The notes beneath the pieces are model-generated. The model made no database searches, was not told the DNA's origin, and saw nothing but the letters and a program-made list of their open reading frames with translations. Positions 8,969 to 15,704 of a stretch of DNA of 31,962 bases are shown here, piece by piece; within the stretch, counting starts at the first letter, position 1, and each line of letters begins with the position of its first letter. The translations under genes were made by a program, and so were the position numbers. Source of the stretch: Armatimonadota bacterium (GTDB lineage: Bacteria; Armatimonadota; UBA10988); NCBI GenBank assembly GCA_016235455.1, contig JACRKZ010000096.1, positions 1 to 31,962 of the forward strand, written 5' to 3'.

Positions 8969-10176
8969 CCGAAACTGTGGTCGACACCGACGTCCTCGTG
9001 GTCGGCGGCGGCACGGCCGGCGCGGTCGCCGCGATTGCCGCCGGCCGGCTCGGCGCGCGCACCGTGCTGGTCGAGTGCGGCAGCCAGTTGGGTGGCACCA
9101 TGACCACCGGCGGGGTCGAGTGGCCGGGCCTGTTCTTCGCCTGGGGCCAGCAGGTGGTGGCCGGCATCGGCTGGGAGCTGGTGCGCGCCACCGCCGAACT
9201 GCAAGGCGACCCGCTGCCCGACTTCAGCCAATCGGTCGGCGAGGCCATGCACCGCCATCCCAGCTTCCAGGTGGCTCTGTGCGGCGGGCTGTACGCTGCC
9301 CTGGCCGAGGAAGCCTGCACCCAGGCCGGCGTGCACCTGCGCTACTACGAAGCGCCCGATCGCGTGCTGCGCGACAGCGTCCTGCGCGCCGAGGGCACCG
9401 AAGACGACCGCGACGGCTGGACCGTGACCACCCACGGCAAGGGCGTGCGCGCACGCATCCAGTGCCGGCAGCTCATCGACTGCACCGCCAATGCTTCCGT
9501 GGTCGACCTGGCCGGCTTCGAGCGCCATCGCGGCGCCGACCGCCAGCCCGGCTCGATCATCTACACGCTGACCCAGCCTAGCGGCTGGAAGAGCGGGGCG
9601 GGCTACAAGCACCAACGCTACGTGCTCGGTGCCGACGTGACCACCGCCGAAACACACACCGATGCCAACGTGCGCGGGCGCGCCGCCTTCCTCAAGGCGT
9701 TCAGAACACTGCGGGCCAGCGCCGAAGGCCGCGACGCGCGCGTGCTCTCGGTGCAGCCCGAGACCAACAGCCGCGAGACCTACCGCATCGTCGGCGAGTA
9801 CGAGATCACCCGCGACGACTACGCCAGCGGCCGCGTACACGACGACGCCGTGGCCTGCATGTACTACCCCATCGACCTGCACACGCCCGACGGCGTCAAG
9901 CCCCAGCACCTGCCCGAGCGCACCACCGTGACCATCCCGCTGCGCGCACTCATCCCGCGTGGCAGCCGGCACCTGCTCGTCGCCGGCCGGTGTGTCGCCA
10001 GCGACCGCCTTGCCAATTCCGGGCTCCGCGTGCAGGCCTCCTGCATGGCCATGGGCCAGGCCGCCGGCGCCGCCGCCGCGCTCGCGGCCCGCCTCCGCAT
10101 CTCGCCCGGCCAGGTGCCGCTCGACCAACTGCGCGCCGCGCTCCGTGACCAGGGCGCCGTGGTGCCCGGAAGCTAG
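8965..10176 (+). CDS. FAD-dependent oxidoreductase (FAD_oxidored/PF12831-like)
   Basis: DVLVVGGGTAG Rossmann motif, LGGTMTTGGV, IDCT, RETYRIVGEY, IPLRALIP...LLVAGRC, RVQASCMAMGQAAG. Confidence 0.9.
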   Translation: MTETVVDTDVLVVGGGTAGAVAAIAAGRLGARTVLVECGSQLGGTMTTGGVEWPGLFFAWGQQVVAGIGWELVRATAELQGDPLPDFSQSVGEAMHRHPSFQVALCGGLYAALAEEACTQAGVHLRYYEAPDRVLRDSVLRAEGTEDDRDGWTVTTHGKGVRARIQCRQLIDCTANASVVDLAGFERHRGADRQPGSIIYTLTQPSGWKSGAGYKHQRYVLGADVTTAETHTDANVRGRAAFLKAFRTLRASAEGRDARVLSVQPETNSRETYRIVGEYEITRDDYASGRVHDDAVACMYYPIDLHTPDGVKPQHLPERTTVTIPLRALIPRGSRHLLVAGRCVASDRLANSGLRVQASCMAMGQAAGAAAALAARLRISPGQVPLDQLRAALRDQGAVVPGS

Positions 10177-10231
10177 TATCTCGTAACGATGCGACGAGTC
10201 TCGGCCTTGGGGTCTGGCCCGCGTTAGACGT

Positions 10232-10261
10232 TTGCCATCCGAGGCGACAACATCTCATAAT
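10232..10261 (+). promoter_or_regulatory. Putative sigma70-type promoter of prepilin gene 1 (TTGCCA-N18-CATAAT)
   Basis: Lies in an AT-richer intergenic island, upstream of GAAAGGAG RBS (10313-10320). Confidence 0.5.
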
Positions 10262-10325
10262 AGTGACATCTGGGCTCTGTCGCGGCACGCTTGTGCGCTG
10301 ATGGTTGGCCCTGAAAGGAGCATCC

Positions 10326-10994
10326 ATGAAGAGGCGAGCATTCACCCTCATCGAGTTGCTGGTGGTTATTGCCATCATTGCCATCCTGGCGGCGATTCTG
10401 TTCCCGGTCTTCGCCAAGGCCCGTGAGAAGGCCCGCACGTCGAGTTGCGCGAGCAACGAGAAGCAGCTGGGCGTGGCCTTCACCCAGTACGCGCAGGACT
10501 ATGACGAGAAGCTCTGCTGGCGCGAAGGCGGCACCAGCCAGTGGCGCACGATGATCCAGCCGTATATCAAGAGCGTGCAGGTCTTCGCCTGCCCGTCGAA
10601 CACGGCCAACACCTGGTGGGGCGGCGACACGACCATCCGCTCTCATTACGCCATGGTCAACGGCAACAATGATGTGCACGAAGCCTGGCGCGGCGGCTTG
10701 GCCCTGGCGGCCATCGACAAGCCGGCCAACAAGGCCATCGTCGTCGAGTTGCGCAACGCCGGCTGGACCGAATGGGGTTCGAGCTGGTGGGGCGGCGGCG
10801 GCGCCGGCAGCGCTTGGGACAACGGCTTTGCGAACCACATGGGCCAGTGGAACGTGCTGTACTACGACGGCCACGTGAAGATCCAGAAGCCGATCGCCAT
10901 GACCACCGGCATCTATGCCGGCGACATCTATGACGATACGCCCAACGCCAACCAGCTCTCGGGCTACCAGCGCCTGCAGGCGCTCTTCCCCTGA
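10326..10994 (+). CDS. Prepilin-type N-terminal cleavage/methylation protein with DUF1559-type domain and H-X9-DG motif (copy 1, 222 aa)
   Basis: KRRA|[22 protein letters not shown] class III signal with E5; AREKAR..SC.SN.KQLG.A..QY.QDYDE; F.CPS; [12 protein letters not shown] (H-X9-DG); strong RBS. Confidence 0.93.
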   Translation: MKRRAFTLIELLVVIAIIAILAAILFPVFAKAREKARTSSCASNEKQLGVAFTQYAQDYDEKLCWREGGTSQWRTMIQPYIKSVQVFACPSNTANTWWGGDTTIRSHYAMVNGNNDVHEAWRGGLALAAIDKPANKAIVVELRNAGWTEWGSSWWGGGGAGSAWDNGFANHMGQWNVLYYDGHVKIQKPIAMTTGIYAGDIYDDTPNANQLSGYQRLQALFP

Positions 10995-11034
10995 TCAGCG
11001 GCTAGCTGACTGCATCTCCTTGTGAGATGGCCAT

Positions 11035-11062
11035 CGCGGGGCGGCCTACCGGCCGTCCCGCG
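11035..11062 (+). terminator. GC-rich 12-bp stem-loop after prepilin gene 1
   Basis: CGCGGGGCGGCC-TACC-GGCCGTCCCGCG with one G:U pair, followed by TGTCATTT. Confidence 0.55.
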
Positions 11063-11135
11063 TGTCATTTGGGGGCCCGCGCCCGGGCTCCTGACCGCAT
11101 GGCCCGCCGCGGGCAACGTCGAACCGATCAGCGTC

Positions 11136-11164
11136 TTGATCTGTGGGTCATGATGCGATATTCT
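11136..11164 (+). promoter_or_regulatory. Putative sigma70-type promoter of prepilin gene 2 (TTGATC-N17-TATTCT)
   Basis: Near-consensus hexamers with 17-nt spacing; AGGAG RBS at 11231-11235. Confidence 0.5.
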
Positions 11165-11240
11165 CCTAGTGTGATCCATGCCGCATGGCGGGCAATGGTG
11201 CCGCCGCCGGCCATGAGATCTACCAAGCAGAGGAGATCCC

Positions 11241-11915
11241 GTGAAGAAGCGAGCATTCACCCTCATCGAGCTGCTGGTGGTCATTGCCATCATTGCCATC
11301 TTGGCCGCCATCCTGTTCCCGGTCTTCGCCAAGGCCCGTGAGAAGGCCCGCACGTCGAGTTGCGCGAGCAACGAGAAGCAGCTGGGCGTGGCGTTTGCGC
11401 AGTATGCGCAGGACTACGACGAGAAGTACTGCTGGCGCGAGGGCGGCAACCCCACCTACCAGTGGCGCAAGATGGTGCAGCCGTACATCAAGAGCGTGCA
11501 GGTCTTCAAGTGCCCGTCGAACACCACGAGCGCGACGTTCTGGAATGACAACAGCGTCGTTTCCAACTACGCCATGGTCAACGGCAACAACGATGTGCAC
11601 GAGGCATGGCGCGGCGGTCTGGCCCTGTCGGCCATCGACAAGCCGGCCAACAAGGCCGTGGTCGTCGAACTGCGCAACCAGGGCTGGACCGAATGGGGCT
11701 CGTCGTGGTGGAACGGCGGCACGGCCGGCAGCGCCTGGGACAACGGCTACGCGGGTCACATGAGCCAGTGGAACGTCCTGTACTACGACGGCCACGTGAA
11801 GATCCAGAAGCCGATCGCCATGACCACCGGCATCTTCGCCGGCGACATCTACGACGACACGCCCAACGCCAACCAGCTCTCGGGCTACCAGCGCGTGCAG
11901 GCGCTCTTCCCCTGA
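11241..11915 (+). CDS. Prepilin-type/DUF1559/H-X9-DG protein (copy 2, 224 aa, GTG start)
   Basis: Same motifs as copy 1 ([12 protein letters not shown]); about 86% amino-acid identity to copy 1 by manual alignment. Confidence 0.93.
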   Translation: MKKRAFTLIELLVVIAIIAILAAILFPVFAKAREKARTSSCASNEKQLGVAFAQYAQDYDEKYCWREGGNPTYQWRKMVQPYIKSVQVFKCPSNTTSATFWNDNSVVSNYAMVNGNNDVHEAWRGGLALSAIDKPANKAVVVELRNQGWTEWGSSWWNGGTAGSAWDNGYAGHMSQWNVLYYDGHVKIQKPIAMTTGIFAGDIYDDTPNANQLSGYQRVQALFP

Positions 11916-11945
11916 TCGCCGGTTGACACCCTCTCCTATAGTGAC

Positions 11946-11980
11946 GCGCCACGGGGCGGCCACCGGCTGCCCCGTGGCGC
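11946..11980 (+). terminator. GC-rich 16-bp stem-loop after prepilin gene 2
   Basis: GCGCCACGGGGCGGCC-ACC-GGCTGCCCCGTGGCGC with one G:U pair, followed by ATTT. Confidence 0.6.
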
Positions 11981-12058
11981 ATTTGGGCCACTGTCTCGTG
12001 GGCCGGAGGAGTGCGCGTGTCCATGGTCAATGGTCGCACACCCGGGAGTCGCCAGAGC

Positions 12059-13312
12059 ATGGGACCATCGCTGTTGCTCAGTACCACGCTGCTCATCTCC
12101 GCCGTCGCCGCCGACGAGCCGGACTTCGCCGCCATGCCGCCCGCGCAGCAGCGGGCCTACGAGCAGGATGTGCTGCGCCGCACCGCCGACCTGGCGCTCA
12201 TCCCACCGGTGATCAACACCTCGCCGCTGCCTCGCTATGACTACGACAAGCTCGACTACGGCATGACCATCGGCCTGGAACGCACGCCCGGTGGCCGACT
12301 GTGGGCCTGCTGGGTGGCTGGCGGCGACAGCCCGGCGGCCTACTTCCTGCTGGCCAGCAGCGACGACGACGGAGCGAGCTGGTCCAAGCCGCGGGTGGTG
12401 GTCGACGCGCACTCGCCGAACCTGGCCGTGCAGCGCAGCGTGCTGGTGGGCAATCTGTGGACCGACCCGCTGGGCCGGCTGTGGCTGATCTTCGACCAGT
12501 CGATCGACATGTTCGACGGCCGCGCCGGGGTGTGGGCCACGGTCTGCACCAACCCCGATGACGCCAACCCAACCTGGTCGGCGCCGCGGCGCATCTGGCA
12601 CGGCGTGACGCTCAACAAGCCCACGGTGCTGGCCAACGGCGAATGGCTGCTGCCCATCTCGCTCGATCAGCGGCCCGGCTTCGGCCCCTTCCACGACCTG
12701 TTCCATGAACTCGACCCGTTGCGCGGCGCCAATGTCTTCGTCTCGAAGGACAAAGGCGAGACCTGGCAACGGCGCGGCGTGGTCACCTTCCCCAACCCCG
12801 ACTGGCACGAGCACATGATCGTTGAGCGGCGCGACGGCTCGCTGTGGATGCTGGCCCGCACCGGCAAGGGCATCATGCAGAGCACGTCCACCGACGGCGG
12901 CGCCACCTGGGCCGCGCCGACCGAGCCGCCTGGCATCCGCCAGCCCAACGCGCGGTTCCATATCCGCCGGCTAGCCTCGGGCCGGCTGCTGCTGATCAAG
13001 CACGGCGACCGGGCCGACGCCCACGCCGGGCGCGTCATGCTCTCGGCCTGGCTGTCTGACGACGACGGGCGAAGCTGGCAGGGCGGGCTCATCCTCGACG
13101 AGCGGCCCGGGGTCTCCTACCCTGACGGTGTGCAGGCGCCCGACGGTACGGTGTACATTTCCTATGACCGCAACCGCGCCACGGACGGCGAGGTGCTCCT
13201 GGCACGCTTTGGCGAAGCGGACATCCTGGCCGGGAAGCTGGTCGGGCCGAAGTCGGCGCTGAAGCTGCTCATCTGCCGACCACTGGCGCCCCGTGGCAAG
13301 AGCAAGCCATGA
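12059..13312 (+). CDS. Secreted BNR/Asp-box beta-propeller, sialidase (GH33)-like
   Basis: Four Asp-boxes (SDDDGASW, SKDKGETW, STDGGATW, SDDDGRSW), HEH..WMLART, SYPD near the C-terminus, and signal-like MGPSLLLSTTLLISAVAA. Start uncertain (12011, 12017 or 12023 possible). Confidence 0.82.
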   Translation: MGPSLLLSTTLLISAVAADEPDFAAMPPAQQRAYEQDVLRRTADLALIPPVINTSPLPRYDYDKLDYGMTIGLERTPGGRLWACWVAGGDSPAAYFLLASSDDDGASWSKPRVVVDAHSPNLAVQRSVLVGNLWTDPLGRLWLIFDQSIDMFDGRAGVWATVCTNPDDANPTWSAPRRIWHGVTLNKPTVLANGEWLLPISLDQRPGFGPFHDLFHELDPLRGANVFVSKDKGETWQRRGVVTFPNPDWHEHMIVERRDGSLWMLARTGKGIMQSTSTDGGATWAAPTEPPGIRQPNARFHIRRLASGRLLLIKHGDRADAHAGRVMLSAWLSDDDGRSWQGGLILDERPGVSYPDGVQAPDGTVYISYDRNRATDGEVLLARFGEADILAGKLVGPKSALKLLICRPLAPRGKSKP

Positions 13313-14406
13313 GCCTGGCCCTGCTCACCGGCCTCCTGCTGCTGGCCGCACCCAGGCCGCCGCTGGTCGGCGTCGAGTACTTCGCCGGCTGGTGGCCCGA
13401 GCTGCCCAACAAGTGGCATGGCAAAGGCTGGACCGCGCAGGAGCCGGACTGGCGCACGGAGTTCCCGGGGCGCGTGCCGCTGCTGGGTGCTTACAACGAC
13501 CAGGCCACCATGGACGCCGAGATCGTCGCCGCCGCCGATCACGGGGTCGACTTCTTCAGCATCCTCTACTACCACCCGCAGCCCGGCGGCCCGCACGAGG
13601 TCGAGGCGCAGCGGCTCAATCGCGGGCTGGCCGCGTTCCTGGCCTCGCCCAATGCGGGGCGCATGAAGTTCATGCTGGAGTTCTGCAACGCGCCAGGCTT
13701 CGATGCGGCCACCGACGCGCAGTGGGCCGAGTGCATCAAGACCTTCGTGGCGGCGATGCGCAGCCCCAGTTACCTGCGCGTCGGTGGCCGGCTGGTGCTC
13801 AAGATCCATGGCGGGAGCTGGTTTCTCGACACCTACGGCAACGATGCCGAGCGCACGCGGCGCGCGCTGGATCAGCTCCGCGCGGCCGTGCGCGAGGCGG
13901 GCCTGGGCGAGCTGATCATCGGCGCCGGCATCATGAGCCGCACGCGCTACGCCGCGGAGCAGCCGTTGGCCAAGGTGTTCGACTTCACAGCCACCTACAT
14001 GAGCATTCCCGAGGTGGAAGTGCGGCCCGCGGAGCATCCCTACGCGCTGCTGGCCGCCGAGGCGCGCGTCTCGCGCGAACTGCACGCGGCCGACCCACTG
14101 CCCTGGATGCCGTATCTCGCCGTCGGCTGGAATCCGCGGCCGTGGACGCATCCCGAGGCTGACCCCAATCACCGCCGTTTCTTCACCTTCGCCACCCGCG
14201 AGCAGTGGACCGAGGAGTTGCGCGCGATGAAGGCCGACCTGGCCGCGCGGCCCACGCTGGGCCTGCCGCTGCCCGACGGCACACGCCAGCCGGCATTCAC
14301 CATCTACGCCTGGAACGAGTTCGGCGAGGGCGGCATTCTGGCGCCGACGCAAGGCGAGCAGAACACCAAGCTGGAAGCCATCCGCGATGTCTTCGGCACC
14401 AAGTGA
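13309..14406 (+). CDS. Secreted GH99/GH71/WbsX-like glycoside hydrolase
   Basis: Signal peptide; PLLGAY...EIVAAADHGVDFF; GWNPRPW; IYAWNEFGEGGILAP (ExxE). ATGA overlap with the upstream gene. Confidence 0.78.
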   Translation: MSLALLTGLLLLAAPRPPLVGVEYFAGWWPELPNKWHGKGWTAQEPDWRTEFPGRVPLLGAYNDQATMDAEIVAAADHGVDFFSILYYHPQPGGPHEVEAQRLNRGLAAFLASPNAGRMKFMLEFCNAPGFDAATDAQWAECIKTFVAAMRSPSYLRVGGRLVLKIHGGSWFLDTYGNDAERTRRALDQLRAAVREAGLGELIIGAGIMSRTRYAAEQPLAKVFDFTATYMSIPEVEVRPAEHPYALLAAEARVSRELHAADPLPWMPYLAVGWNPRPWTHPEADPNHRRFFTFATREQWTEELRAMKADLAARPTLGLPLPDGTRQPAFTIYAWNEFGEGGILAPTQGEQNTKLEAIRDVFGTK

Positions 14407-14416
14407 GGACCAGAGC

Positions 14417-15625
14417 ATGAACCGACGTGAGATGCTGGCCGCCGGCGCGGTGGCCGGCCTGGCTGTCGCGGCGACTGCCGCCGAAGCGGACCGCGCGGCG
14501 GCGCTGACGCGGCTGCGCGCGGCGAACGACACGCTGCGCGGCTACCTGCGCGACCTGCTGACCAAGACCAAGCACCGCCTGCCCAACGGCGTCGCGGTGC
14601 AGTTGCCATCCACCGGCGGCTACGTGGGCGTCTGGCCCGACGACTGCTTCTACCCGCTCATGGCCGCGCCCGATCTGGTCGACCGCGCCGAGACCGCGGG
14701 CCTGATTGGCTTTCTCACCGACAGCTGCGTCGGTCTGGGCCGCGTGCCCGACCGCGTGGAGCCCGACGGCCTGCCGGTGCTCTCGCCCGGCGCCACCAAC
14801 AATCCGCCCATGACCGACCGCATCCCGCTGCACCTGCCCGCGGCCTGGGTGCGGCTGCTAGACTATGCCGAGGCCTTTGGCGTGACGATCCCCCGCAAGG
14901 GCGACTGGGCGCGCCTCATCGAGCGCAGCTTCGACCAGGTGCCGCTGTCGTGCGGGCTGGCCTACGCCGACCCGCAACATCCGCCCATCGGCTTCGGCTT
15001 CCACGACAGCATCCGCATCACCGGCTTCGAATTGATGAGCAGCCTGATGCTGCATCGCGGTTTCGAGCGTGCGGGCCGGCTGTTCGCTAAGGAGGTCGGC
15101 CCGGCCGTGGCCCAGCGCTGGACGGCCCAAGGCGCCGCGGTGGTGGCCAACCTGCAACGCTGCTGGGACGACAAGGCCGGCGGCTACGTCGGCGGCACGC
15201 GGAGCGGCCGGCAGTTCAGCGTGTGGGCCAACGGCCTGGCCTATTCGCTGGCCGATGCCGCCCATCGGAAGACGATCTTCGCCACGCTGGCCGCCAAACG
15301 GGAGCAGATCCTGCTGCTGGGCAACACCCGCCAGATCGCCGAGCCAAGCTGGATCGGCACCGGCGGCGGCGGCAGCTACCAGAACGGCGGGTTCTGGGCC
15401 ACGGGCACCGGCTACATCCTGCCGGCCATCTGGGACAACGACCCGGTCTGGGCCGCCGACCTGCTGGGTGAGATGACCGCCAAGCTGCCCGGCCTGGACT
15501 TCGCCGAGTGGATCGACGCCGCCGGCCGACCCAATGGCGCGCGCGGCTTCCTGGCCAGCGTGACGCTGCCGCTGCTGGGCATCCGGGCCATCCTGGAGAA
15601 CAAGCCACTGATCGAGCTGTTCTAG
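14417..15625 (+). CDS. Tat-exported six-hairpin (alpha/alpha)6 glycosidase-like protein (402 aa)
   Basis: MNRREML...AATAAEA Tat signal; GGYVGVWPDD, GFHDSI, SYQNGGFW and FAEW motifs typical of six-hairpin glycosidases; GAGGA RBS. Confidence 0.65.
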   Translation: MNRREMLAAGAVAGLAVAATAAEADRAAALTRLRAANDTLRGYLRDLLTKTKHRLPNGVAVQLPSTGGYVGVWPDDCFYPLMAAPDLVDRAETAGLIGFLTDSCVGLGRVPDRVEPDGLPVLSPGATNNPPMTDRIPLHLPAAWVRLLDYAEAFGVTIPRKGDWARLIERSFDQVPLSCGLAYADPQHPPIGFGFHDSIRITGFELMSSLMLHRGFERAGRLFAKEVGPAVAQRWTAQGAAVVANLQRCWDDKAGGYVGGTRSGRQFSVWANGLAYSLADAAHRKTIFATLAAKREQILLLGNTRQIAEPSWIGTGGGGSYQNGGFWATGTGYILPAIWDNDPVWAADLLGEMTAKLPGLDFAEWIDAAGRPNGARGFLASVTLPLLGIRAILENKPLIELF

Positions 15626-15704
15626 CCGCGGATGGTGGGCCGCATGGGAGCACTGGAAGGACCAGCCCGGCGATCGGCGAACGGAGGCCGAAGGGGAGTT
15701 CTCC

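Larger units (their letters stand above)
10326..11987 (+). repeat. Tandem gene duplication covering the CDS plus about 70 nt of 3' flank
   Basis: Long identical nucleotide stretches between 10326-10994 and 11241-11915; the 3' flanks share TGAC..TCTCCT..hairpin..ATTTGGG. Confidence 0.9.

Noticed and set aside
10326-11915. Diversity-generating retroelement or silent-cassette antigenic variation as the cause of the near-identical pilin pair
   Set aside because: No reverse transcriptase or recombinase in the window, the differences are not adenine-specific, and both copies are full length with their own RBS and promoter-like elements.
11923-11942. TTGACA and TATAGT, near-perfect sigma70 hexamers after pilin gene 2
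   Set aside because: Only 8 nt apart, which is incompatible with a single promoter; the region aligns with the 3' flank of pilin gene 1.
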